Shown one piece after another: positions 27,837-37,300 of a stretch of DNA of 64,000 nt (its first letter is position 1; each line of letters begins with the position of its first letter). The DNA is from an uncultured Acidimicrobiia bacterium (GTDB lineage Bacteria; Actinomycetota; Acidimicrobiia; Spongiisociales; JAENVV01): NCBI GenBank assembly GCA_963835515.1, contig CAWIFX010000043.1, positions 118,261 to 182,260 of the forward strand. Direction: 5' to 3'. The notes beneath the pieces were generated by a model. That model made no database searches and was not told the origin of the DNA. It saw only the letters and a program-made list of their open reading frames with translations. Made by a program: the position numbers and the translations under genes.

Positions 27837-28798
27837 GCCAAGTAGTCTTCGGCGCCTTCCCTCACCGTCGCGTCGACGATCGCCGGACCATCTCCAACGA
27901 CGGCTAGAACAGCTCGCACCAATGATGATGCTGTCGGACTCCCGGCTGCCTCGGATCGGCGCTGTTGCCAGTCTGCCTGGTCGCGGAGAATGGCAGGCTC
28001 GTCGCACAGCAACGCGGCATTGAGGCATCGCAGCATCCAGACACCATCGAGAACCGCCTCGGTGGGCAGGTTCTTGATGGTGTCAGATAGCCGGGCTGCC
28101 AGCCTGTGGATCCGCAGGTCGAGCCATTCAAACCCTTCGGAGCGCTCGTGCGTGACGGGACCGACTGGAGCGGCCGGAACCTTCACAGATTCGATGGCTC
28201 GGCCGAGGTCCCGGATGTCGCGGCCGTATGCGTTGGCTCCCAGCAGTAGGGCGCGTTCGGCGGTCACGGCCGACCCGCCCATCACCACGGGCGTTCCCGA
28301 TTCGCGGGCAGTTGCCGCCATGCGACGAGCGCCAGGCAGGTTGCCGACCATCTGGCAGGACACGGTTATGCATCGGGGTGCCAGCTCGTGCAGAAAGGGG
28401 AGGAGCTGGCCGGGTGGGATCGGACCGTCCAGCGTGACAGTCTCAAAGCCTTGTGAACGGAGAGCTTGGGAAACCATTGAGAGACCCAACGTATGCCACT
28501 CGCCCTCGGCGCTCGTGACGAGAACCTCGCCAGGGGCGGTGGACTCCCGATCCACGTCGAGTAAACCGATCGTCTGCGACGTTATCGCCGTTGCACGATG
28601 CTCCTGGGCAACATTCCAGACGCCGCTTTCCCATTGAGACCCAACCCAATGTTGGGCCGGCGCAAGTAGCAGATCCATCAGCTCCGGTATCGCCATCCCG
28701 CCGGCGAGGGTCTGGTCGACCTGCGCCTTGAATGCCCGTGCGTCGAATCGGTTGAGCGCGTCGATGAGGTCGGTGCGGATGGCTTCGACAGCCGTCAT
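27833..28798 (-). CDS. Stand-alone cobalamin (B12)-binding domain protein, CarH/LitR C-terminal-module-like (no DNA-binding domain)
   Basis: N-terminal four-helix B12-binding-2 cap (…WVGSQWESGVWNVAQEHRATAI…) and a Rossmann B12-binding domain with an E-x-H-x-x-G variant of the DxHxxG motif (EGEWHTLGL). Overlaps the upstream PP2C gene stop by 4 nt. Confidence 0.65.
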   Translation of the reverse strand: MTAVEAIRTDLIDALNRFDARAFKAQVDQTLAGGMAIPELMDLLLAPAQHWVGSQWESGVWNVAQEHRATAITSQTIGLLDVDRESTAPGEVLVTSAEGEWHTLGLSMVSQALRSQGFETVTLDGPIPPGQLLPFLHELAPRCITVSCQMVGNLPGARRMAATARESGTPVVMGGSAVTAERALLLGANAYGRDIRDLGRAIESVKVPAAPVGPVTHERSEGFEWLDLRIHRLAARLSDTIKNLPTEAVLDGVWMLRCLNAALLCDEPAILRDQADWQQRRSEAAGSPTASSLVRAVLAVVGDGPAIVDATVREGAEDYLA

Positions 28799-30459
28799 AA
28801 AGCTGTGATCGCCAGAACGGTGATGTCGTCTTGGGACTTGCCGGCCGACCAGCCGTCAACTGCTGAAGCAATGGCATTCGAGATGGCCTTCGCTCCTGAG
28901 GCCGCCGCTGCGGAAGCGGTCTCGGCCAACCGATCCCGGCCGAACTCCTCTACGCCAAGACGGGCTTCGATGACCCCATCTGAGAACAGAAGCAGGGTAT
29001 CGCCGGGTGACAGTACGCCAGTGGTCGGGATCCACTCGGCGTCATCCATGAAGCCGAGTAGGACGCCGTGTGCATCGATGTCGCGTGTGGTGCCATTCGC
29101 GCAGATCACCATGGGGGCCGGGTGGCCGGCGGATGAGACCGAGTAGCGATGAGTGCCATCAGGGTCGGTGTCGATCTGGGCCAATACCAAGCTCGCGAAC
29201 GGGCGATTGTCCTGGGAACGGAGCATCTGGTTGATCGTACGGATAGTCGTGTCGGGGCAGCTACCGGCCAATGAGGCTGCTTTGACGGCCGAACGCATGA
29301 GTCCGGCCTGGGCAGCCGCGACAATGCCCTTCCCGGTCATATCGCCGATGGCCGCTATCGACCTGGTCGGGGACAGGGCGAAACAATCGTAGAAATCGCC
29401 TCCGAGAAGGGAAAGGTTCGTGGCGGCCTGGTAACGGGCAGAGGTCTCGAAAGATATGGGGGCCTCGAGAATGGTGGGTCGCACGGACGACACCAGTAAA
29501 TTCGTTACCGAAGCCTGTTCTTGAAAGAGCGCTGCATTGTCCAGGGCCACGGCCGCCCGGCGGGTGATGGCCGTGATCAGGGCGAGGGCCCGATCCGACC
29601 AAACTCCATCGTCACGTTCGACGAGGACGCTGCCGATTCTGACGCCTCGAGCCGCGATCGGGACGACCGTTCCGGATGCACTTGGGGATCTCGCCGGGTG
29701 GGGGGTCATCTCGGTGAGTTCGTCGTAGCCGACCTTACCCGATGCGTGGGCCAGTCGGTGCTCGGTAAGTTCCTTGAGCCTGCCCAGGGTCACGAGACGA
29801 CCCTGGTTGTTCGAGACGGCGGTCGCCACCTGTCCAGACAGAGCATCGGTTTGAAGATCGACCGTGCATCGATCCGCCAGGCTGGGTGCGATCAAGCCAG
29901 CCAAACGGTCAAGAATCCGGTCGACATTCAGTGCTCCCGAGAAGCTATCGCTGGCTTCGATGAGAAGAGCCAGATCCTGTTCGGTGGCGGTACGGGCGGC
30001 GTCGGCTGCCCGCTCGGCGATGCGCAGGCGGTCCCGTTCCAGTTCGACAGAGCTGCGTTCCGTGACGTCGTACACGACCCCGTAACCCGCCACGGGGACA
30101 CCATCCTCGACCTCGATGTGGCCTTGACCCTCGACCCACCTCACCACCCCCGACGGGTGGATGATGCGATGCTTGGTCGTGTAGTCCCCTCCGCGTTCGG
30201 CGAGACCCGCAACCAGTCCCGTGACGTCCTCGAGGTCATCGGGATGGATGAGCGCCGAGTATTCCTCGAATGTCCCGGCAAATCCGGTGTCCGTCACCCC
30301 GTAAATGCGCCGGGTGGTTTCGTCCCAGTTCACCTTGCCGGAGGCTGGGTTCCAACTCCACGTTCCGATGCCTGCAGCCGAGAGCAGGGCAGCCAGGTCG
30401 GGTGGTAGACGATTTGAAGGTGGCACGACAAGATCATAGGCGTTAGGCGGAGAGCCCAT
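28795..30459 (-). CDS. PAS-GAF-PP2C (SpoIIE/RsbU/RsbP-like) serine phosphatase
   Basis: N-terminal PAS (…WSWNPASGKVNWDETTRRIYG…), central GAF, and C-terminal PP2C metal-binding blocks (…GGDFYDCF…IGDMTGKG…FSDGVIEA…DDITVLAI…). Confidence 0.8.
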   Translation of the reverse strand: MGSPPNAYDLVVPPSNRLPPDLAALLSAAGIGTWSWNPASGKVNWDETTRRIYGVTDTGFAGTFEEYSALIHPDDLEDVTGLVAGLAERGGDYTTKHRIIHPSGVVRWVEGQGHIEVEDGVPVAGYGVVYDVTERSSVELERDRLRIAERAADAARTATEQDLALLIEASDSFSGALNVDRILDRLAGLIAPSLADRCTVDLQTDALSGQVATAVSNNQGRLVTLGRLKELTEHRLAHASGKVGYDELTEMTPHPARSPSASGTVVPIAARGVRIGSVLVERDDGVWSDRALALITAITRRAAVALDNAALFQEQASVTNLLVSSVRPTILEAPISFETSARYQAATNLSLLGGDFYDCFALSPTRSIAAIGDMTGKGIVAAAQAGLMRSAVKAASLAGSCPDTTIRTINQMLRSQDNRPFASLVLAQIDTDPDGTHRYSVSSAGHPAPMVICANGTTRDIDAHGVLLGFMDDAEWIPTTGVLSPGDTLLLFSDGVIEARLGVEEFGRDRLAETASAAAASGAKAISNAIASAVDGWSAGKSQDDITVLAITAL

Positions 30460-30502
30460 TGCCCGGAACTAGCTATTACGCGCGTTGGTAGTCTGATCTC
30501 TG

Positions 30503-31489
30503 ATGTCGGGCCTATGGGAGAAAATTCAGGAGCGGATCGCGCCGCTGTTGGCCGTCGTGGAACGGTATGGCAGCGATCATGGCGCCCGGTTGGCCGCGTC
30601 GTTGGCCTATCGAGCGGTTTTCGCCCTGGCTCCCTTGCTGCTCGTCGCCGTTTCTGTAGCTGGATTCGTGTATGGGACGGCAGATGCCCAGGCTCGCCTG
30701 GTTGCAGAGATCCAACCGTATGTCGGCGCAGAAGCCTCATCATTGGTTTTTGATTTGCTCGATCAGGCAGCGGCGAGTCGCAACTCGACGGGCATCATCG
30801 GGCTCCTGCTCATGACGTGGACGGCGAGCGCCTTGTTCCTGGAAGCACAGGGCTCGCTCAATCTCATTTTCGGGTCGGATCCGACCCCCAAAGGCGGGGT
30901 AGGGGCGTGGATTCTCAGACGAGCCCTGGCGGTCGCGGCCGCCCTATCGATGGGAGTTGTCCTGCTCGTGGTGATCGGCTCTGGGGCGGCCTGGGGCATG
31001 GTCGAATCGCAGGTTGACCTTGCCGAACCGGTCAAGCAGGTATTGGATTGGCTCACACCCGTCGTGGCATGGCTGGTTCTCGCGGGACTGTTCACGATTG
31101 TCTTCCGGTTCGTCCCGAGTCGCGACATTCCGTGGCGAGGTGCCAGGATTGGTGGAGCAATCACCGCGGTCGGGTTTGCGGTCGCCTCGCTGGTCATCGG
31201 CAGCTATTTCAACCCGGAGCGGTTTACTGGCACCGGCTTTGCCGGTGGTTTCGTACTGATTCTCTTCAGCGTTTACGTACTCGCCCAGGTTGTGTTGTTT
31301 GGCGCCGAAATCATTGATGTGCATCTGATCCATGACGCTCAGGCGCCGGTTGAGGAGGCGGCGGCCCCGTTTGCCCCAACAATGCCAACCACCGCTGCAA
31401 ACGATCCGGGAGCGACGCCGGTCGGATGGTTCGCAGCCGGGCTGGCAGTTGGGGCGTATCTGGTGGCGAGGATTCGGCCCGAGAAATAG
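30503..31489 (+). CDS. YihY/BrkB (ribonuclease BN-like) family membrane protein
   Basis: …SLAYRAVFALAPLLLVAVS… and six TM helices. Its 3' ~250 nt are part of repeat copy A. Confidence 0.8.
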   Translation: MSGLWEKIQERIAPLLAVVERYGSDHGARLAASLAYRAVFALAPLLLVAVSVAGFVYGTADAQARLVAEIQPYVGAEASSLVFDLLDQAAASRNSTGIIGLLLMTWTASALFLEAQGSLNLIFGSDPTPKGGVGAWILRRALAVAAALSMGVVLLVVIGSGAAWGMVESQVDLAEPVKQVLDWLTPVVAWLVLAGLFTIVFRFVPSRDIPWRGARIGGAITAVGFAVASLVIGSYFNPERFTGTGFAGGFVLILFSVYVLAQVVLFGAEIIDVHLIHDAQAPVEEAAAPFAPTMPTTAANDPGATPVGWFAAGLAVGAYLVARIRPEK

Positions 31490-31752
31490 GCTTCCGGCAA
31501 ACCCCGCACTCAAGATTCCCCGGCTGTCAGCCGCAGTTATCTAGATAGCAGACTTTGTCCCAGAACTGGCACCAACTGACGGAACTGTAGAGAAAAGCTG
31601 GGTCATCCGTTCAACCGAACAGAACTTTGTTCGGTTCATGCGCGATATCGGGCTCGGCCTCTCTCCGGTTTTCTTCGGCATTGCGCTAGTGACCGGTGAG
31701 CCTGCCTTCCTATTCCTGGCGGCGCTGGCGGCGCTGTCCGGTATCACGGCCA
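31240..31752. repeat. Direct repeat copy A (~513 bp, ~85% identical to 33869..34390): yihY 3' end plus intergenic region plus the first ~130 nt of the histidine-kinase ORF, fused at 31741-31815 to a ~75-nt fragment 93% identical to 21170-21245
   Basis: Seen by direct alignment of nucleotide strings. For example, …GGCTTTGCCGGTGGTTTCGT(A/T)CTGATTCTCTTCAGCGT… and …GTTCGGTTCATGCGCGAT(A/G)TCGGGCT… are shared. Chimeric ORF 31638..31919 results. Confidence 0.8.
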
Positions 31753-31943
31753 GCCACGACGCCAATTTCAAACCGGGATTCTTCAAGCGGATACGACAGA
31801 TATCGACGCTGTGGAGGCGCGGCGGCCATTTCGTCGACGAGTTCGCCGGTTTCCTGACCCAGATCCTCGACGCGTTCGGACCGGCCGGCTGGCTCTCCTC
31901 TCACCATTACTTTGGCTAGCTATTTTGGACGGCGGGCGAAGGC

Positions 31944-33302
31944 CTAGACGACGCCGTAGGCGAGCATGGCATCGGCGACCTTGACGAAGCCGGCGATGTT
32001 TGCGCCCTTGACATAGTCGATGTGATCGGTTCCTGGTGAACCCCCGTACTCGACACAACGCCCGTGGATCGCGGCCATGATGTCGACGAGGTGCTTCTGG
32101 AGCTCGTCTTCTTTCCATGAGATGCGTGCCGAGTTCTGGCTCATCTCGAGGCCCGACACCGCAACACCACCGGCATTGGCCGCCTTGCCAGGAGCAAACA
32201 GGGTCTGGGCATTCTTGAAGCAGTGCACGCCGTCGAGATCCGTCGGCATATTTGCACCCTCGGACACGGCCTTGACGCCGTTGGCGACAAGCGTTTCGGC
32301 GTCGGCGCCGACGAGCTCGTTCTGGGTTGCGCACGGCAACGCAACGTCGCACGGGACCCCCCACGGGCGCTTTCCCTCGTGGTACTCCGAGCCGCTGAAC
32401 TGCTCGGTGTATTCCTGGATACGGCCGCGCCGTTCGCCCTTGAGAGCCTTGACCCATGCGAGCTTCTCTGCGTCGATCCCGGCGGGGTCATGGATGAAGC
32501 CACCCGAGTCCGAGAGCGTGACGGCGGTGCCGCCGAGGTGGTTGATCTTTTCGACCGCGTGCAATGCGACATTGCCCGAGCCGGAGACGACGCACGTCTT
32601 TCCTTCGACGCTGTCGCCGATATGCGTGAGCATGTTCTCGAGGAAATACACCGCGCCGTGGCCGGTCGCCTCGGTGCGGATGAGGCTGCCGCCGAACTCG
32701 AGGCCCTTGCCGGTCAGCACGCCCGTGAAGTGGTTGGTAATGCGTTTGTACTGCCCGAACATGTAGCCGATCTCTCTTGCCCCGACGCCGATGTCACCGG
32801 CCGGCACATCGATGTCGGCGCCAACATGGCGGTAGAGCTCGGTCATGAACGACTGGCAGAAGCGCATTACCTCGTGGTCGCTCTTGCCGCGGGGATTGAA
32901 GTTCGATCCGCCCTTGCCTCCGCCCATCGGCAAACCCGTGAGGCTGTTCTTGAACGTCTGCTCGAACGCCAGGAACTTGAGCACGCTCTCGGTCACCGAA
33001 GGATGGAAGCGCAGACCGCCCTTGTACGGGCCAATCGCATTGTTGTTCTGCACGCGCCAGCCGCGCTGAACTCGAATGTTGTTGTTGTCGTCTTCCCAGC
33101 AAACCCGGAAACTCACGACCCTGTCCGGCTCGGCGATGCGGCGAAGGATCTGGTACTCGTGGTACTCGTCCTTGTCCAATGTGTAGTCGAACACATCTTC
33201 GGCAACTTCTTGCACGGACTGCACGAATTCGGGCTGGCCCGGATTCCGCTTGCGCACCCCTTCGATGAACTGCGCGAGATCCGCATGCTCAGTAGCGGTC
33301 AT
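31944..33302 (-). CDS. gdhA: NADP-specific glutamate dehydrogenase
   Basis: Glu/Leu/Phe/Val dehydrogenase signature (…LPMGGGKGGSNFNPRGKSD…) and NAD(P)-binding GxGNVA (SGSGNVALHA). Start at internal ATG with AAGGGGGAA RBS; a GTG 60 nt upstream is an alternative. Confidence 0.9.
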   Translation of the reverse strand: MTATEHADLAQFIEGVRKRNPGQPEFVQSVQEVAEDVFDYTLDKDEYHEYQILRRIAEPDRVVSFRVCWEDDNNNIRVQRGWRVQNNNAIGPYKGGLRFHPSVTESVLKFLAFEQTFKNSLTGLPMGGGKGGSNFNPRGKSDHEVMRFCQSFMTELYRHVGADIDVPAGDIGVGAREIGYMFGQYKRITNHFTGVLTGKGLEFGGSLIRTEATGHGAVYFLENMLTHIGDSVEGKTCVVSGSGNVALHAVEKINHLGGTAVTLSDSGGFIHDPAGIDAEKLAWVKALKGERRGRIQEYTEQFSGSEYHEGKRPWGVPCDVALPCATQNELVGADAETLVANGVKAVSEGANMPTDLDGVHCFKNAQTLFAPGKAANAGGVAVSGLEMSQNSARISWKEDELQKHLVDIMAAIHGRCVEYGGSPGTDHIDYVKGANIAGFVKVADAMLAYGVV

Positions 33303-33448
33303 TAGTTCCCCCTTCGAGACCACGGACGTACCCGCAATGGCTGCCGACAGTACCAGTCGCACCTCACCACCGCATCGGGCCGACTCTCCAGAGGGTCAGT
33401 TCGAGGATCGTAGATGGCTCCGAGTATCGGTATTCCACACAGAGTACG

Positions 33449-33868
33449 TTGCATGTAATGGCCGCGCCGATCCCCGAGGATGAGGCAGATCGGCTAGTCG
33501 CGCTCTATCGGCTCGACCTTCTGGATCAACCCGGGAATGAGAACTTCGATCGGCTGACACGCATCCTTGCCCATGTCCTCGATGTTCCGATTGCGTTGTT
33601 GTCGCTCGTCGACGATGACCGTCTGTGGGGTGGTGGTTCGAGATATGGCCCCACCGCCACCGGGACACCGCGACGCGACGCCTTCTGCGCCCATGCGATC
33701 CTCGATTCCCAAGTGTTGGTCGTCGGCGATGCACAGCTCGATGTTCGTTTCCGGGACAACCCCCCTGGTGACCGGTGCGCCGGCGATTCGGTTTTATGCC
33801 GGCGCACCAATCAGCGCACCAAGTGGTCACCGGCTCGGGAGCGGCTTGGGGAATGGTGGAATCACGTC
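33449..33868 (+). pseudogene. GAF-domain gene remnant, frameshifted and truncated at the repeat boundary
   Basis: …RLVALYRLDLLDQPGNENFDRLTRILAHVLDVPIALLSLVDDDRLW…FCAHAIL…VVGDA…DVRFRDNP… then a frame slip (PLVTGAPAIRFYAGAPI continues in the +1 frame), ending inside repeat copy B. Confidence 0.45.
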
Positions 33869-34390
33869 TTGAAGCACAGGCTTTGCCGGTGGTTTCGTTC
33901 TGATTCTCTTCAGCGTGTACGTTCTCGCCCACGTCGTGTTGTTCGGTGCCGAGATTATCGACGTGCATCTGGTCCCTGACCCCCGAGCATCGGCCGACGA
34001 TGCTGCGGCATCGTTCGTCCCGACGGACGTGCCGGAAAGTCCGAGCGAGCCGGCCGCCACAACGGTCGGATGGTTCGCAGCCGGGCTGGCGGTTGGAGCC
34101 TATCTGGTCGCAAGGATTCGGCCCCGGGGATAATCTGATCGGGCAAAGGTGGCGCTCAAGATTGCCCCGACGTCAGCCGAAGTTATATAAATGGCAGACT
34201 TTGTCCGGGATTCGGCGTTAACTGACAGAGCTGGAGCGAAAAGCTCGGTGATCCGTTTGACCGAAGAGAGATTTGTTCGGTTCATGCGCGATGTCGGGCT
34301 TGGCCTGTCTCCGGTCTTTCTTGGCATCGCACTGGCGACTGGCGAGCCTGCCTTTCTATTCCTGGCGGCTTTGGCCGCGTTGTCAGGTGC
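33869..34390. repeat. Direct repeat copy B (~522 bp), containing an orphan yihY 3' fragment (ORF 33915..34133) and running into the 5' end of the hybrid histidine kinase gene
   Basis: Aligns with 31240..31752 and encodes …VLFGAEIIDVHL…GWFAAGLAVGAYLVARIRP…, nearly identical to the YihY C-terminus. Confidence 0.8.
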
Positions 34391-37300
34391 CATGGCCTTT
34401 CTTCAGATTCGTATTGGACGGGTTCGAGCCGCGGTCCTGATGATCGTGGTCGTGACGCTGGCAGCTGCACAGACGTTTACGCTCGACCCGGCGGTACTTG
34501 AAGCGTTATGGGTGGCGATCGCGGCCCTGGGTGCCATCGGCAGTTCCTTTGTCTCTTCCCGGAGGCGATGGAGCTATCACACGTATGTCGGGCTCATCTG
34601 GATTGCCCAACCGCTGTTTCATCGCCATGACGAAAAAGCCTTCTTTATGGCCGTCCAGCTTTGCGTGTATTTACTCATCGCACTTGGTCTCCGGCAAACA
34701 CTCCGGTCGTTGGAGTCCACCGAGCACCGCTATGAGAATCTGTTTCTCAAGACGCCGATCGCCACGTTCCAGGAGGACTTCTCCCAGGCGGCTCGGTGGC
34801 TTGAAAGTCTCCGAGCCGACGGTGTCGAGGATCTGAAGGCTCATCTCGATGACAATCCTGAGCTGGTCAGGTACGCGTTCGGGCTCATTGGCGTTGCTGC
34901 CGTCAACGACGCGACCGTCGAGCTTCTCGGGGCCACGAGTGCCGACCAGTTGACCGGCACCCTTAACCCCGATCACTACCGATCCGAGACGCACGACAGC
35001 GTCGTCGCCCAGTTGCTCGGCATATGGAATCGGCAGGAATCTGTCGCCACTGAGATGGCCGGGCAAACCTTGCAGGGCGAAGATATCGACTGCGTTCTGT
35101 ATTGGACCGCGCCGCGCACCCGAGCCGGGTTTGACTATTCGAAAGTGGTCGTCTCGCTCGTAGACGTCTCGCCGCTCAAGGCGTCTGAGCGCGAGGCCAA
35201 GATGCAACTACGCCTGGCCAAACAAGAGCGTCGGCTGCAGATTATCGCTTCCAACGCGACCGACCTTCTGTTCATTCTGGGCAGTGATGGGAAGGTCTCC
35301 TGGATATCGGCGTCTGTTACCCGTCTGCTGGGCTATGAGATTCCCGAGATGATCGGTAAAGCGTTCCACGAGTTTGTTCACGCCGAGGATGCGGCAGCCA
35401 TCGTGGGTGCCGGGGTTGCGCTTGCCTCCGGTGACACCAGCGATCCCGTGGTACACCGGGTGCGTCACAACGATGGCTCATGGCACTGTTTTGAAGCGAC
35501 GGCTCGGAACATGGTCGATGATCAGTTTGTTGAAGGCTATGTCATTTCGTCGCGTGACATCACGGATCGGGTGGGCGCCGAGGAAGCTTTGCGTGACAGC
35601 GAGGCGCGTTTCCGGTTGATGGCCGAAAACTCCACCGACATGATCTCGAGCCACGATCCATCCGGGGTATACCGGTACGTATCGCCGGCTTCGATGCGTC
35701 TGCTGGGGCGGTCCCCCGAGGAGATCGTGGGGCTAACTCCTTATGATCTCGCCCACCCCGATGATGTAGCAGGCATGACTGCCGCTCATCAGAGCGCTTT
35801 TGAAGCCGGCAAGGACATCGTCACTGTCGACTATCGCATGGCGCATGCAGACGGATCATGGCAATGGTTTGCCTCCAACTTCAAGATGATCTTTGAGGAG
35901 GGGAATCAGGAATTGGTGCGGCTGCACGCTTCGACGAGAAACATTTCCGAGCGCAAACAAGCCGAGGAAGCCCTCGTTGAAGCCAAGGTGGCCGCCGAGC
36001 GCGCCACCGAAACAAAATCTCAGTTTCTCGCCAACGTCAGCCACGAGATCCGCACCCCGATGAATGCGATCCTCGGTATGACCGAGTTGGCTCTCGGCAC
36101 CGAAGTAACGGCCGAACAGCGCGAATACCTGGTTACGACGCGGAGTTCGGCCGACGCTCTGATCACCCTCGTCAACGACCTGCTGGACATCGCAAAAATC
36201 GAGGCCGGGAAGCTCGAGTTCGAGGCGATACCGTTTGAGCTTCGTGACACGCTCAGCGACACATTGAGAACCCTCGGTGTGAAAGCTTCTGAGAAGGGTA
36301 TCGCTCTTACCCAGGATGTTGCTCCATCTGTGCCGGCTGTCCTGGTCGGCGATCCGGGACGGGTGCGGCAGATCCTCTTCAACCTCGTCGGAAATGCCCT
36401 CAAGTTCACCCACGAGGGGAGCGTCCGTGTCGGGGTCGAGGTAGTCGAAGAGTCGGATCAGGCAGTTGACCTGCATATCTGGGTGGAAGACACCGGGATT
36501 GGCATCCCACCGGACGGGCTCGAATCCATTTTCGAGGCGTTCTCGCAAGCGGAAGGTTCGACCGCCCGGCGGTTTGGTGGGACCGGTCTTGGCCTATCGA
36601 TTTCGACCCAACTCGTGAAGATGATGCAAGGCAAGTTATGGGTTGAGAGCGAAGTCGGCGTTGGCAGTACTTTCCACTTCACGGCCAAGCTTGCGCTAGC
36701 TCCGCTCGAAAGCGAATCTGAATCGGATGCCGTGGGCAGCGCGACCACCGTGCTGGTCATTGCAGACAGCGAAGAAGCCCGCCGCGGCACCACCGAGATG
36801 CTTCGGCTGGGAGGCTTGCGCTCGATTGTTGCAAACGACCTGGCTGGCGCTCTCGACCTAATCTTCGAGGCCGGTCATGCCCACCCGAGACCGGGCGCAG
36901 TTGTTATCGATGTGCGGGCCGGGACCGCCGAGCTCGCCAGCCGGCTCGTCAAAGAACCCACCTTCAAGGACTTGCCCATTGTGGTGCTTACGCCAACCGG
37001 CGAACGCGGCGACGCAGCCGTCTATCGGGCGGCGGGTGCTGCGGGCTACCTGTCAAAGCCGTTGGGGGCGGGTGAACTCAGCGACACGATTGCGGCCGTT
37101 TCGGGCGGCACCCGACCGGACGGCGAATTAGTCACCCGTCATTGGTTGCGGGCCCGACGACCCCGGATGAACTTGTTGGTGGTCGATGACAGTGCGACCA
37201 ATCGGACCATGGTGACCCGGCTCCTCGAGAAACGGGGTCATACGGTGACCGTTGCCGAGAATGGCCGGGACGCCGTTGAGTTGGTGCTGGCCATCAAGTT

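Noticed and set aside
31638-31919. 93-aa ORF that looks like a small membrane protein gene
   Set aside because: It is a chimera of the kinase 5' end and a 75-nt fragment of the 20918 gene created by the repeat junction. Treated as a recombination scar, not a gene.
33915-34133. 72-aa ORF resembling a YihY C-terminus as an independent gene
   Set aside because: It is the duplicated 3' tail of yihY inside repeat copy B with no N-terminal TM domains. Counted as a gene fragment.
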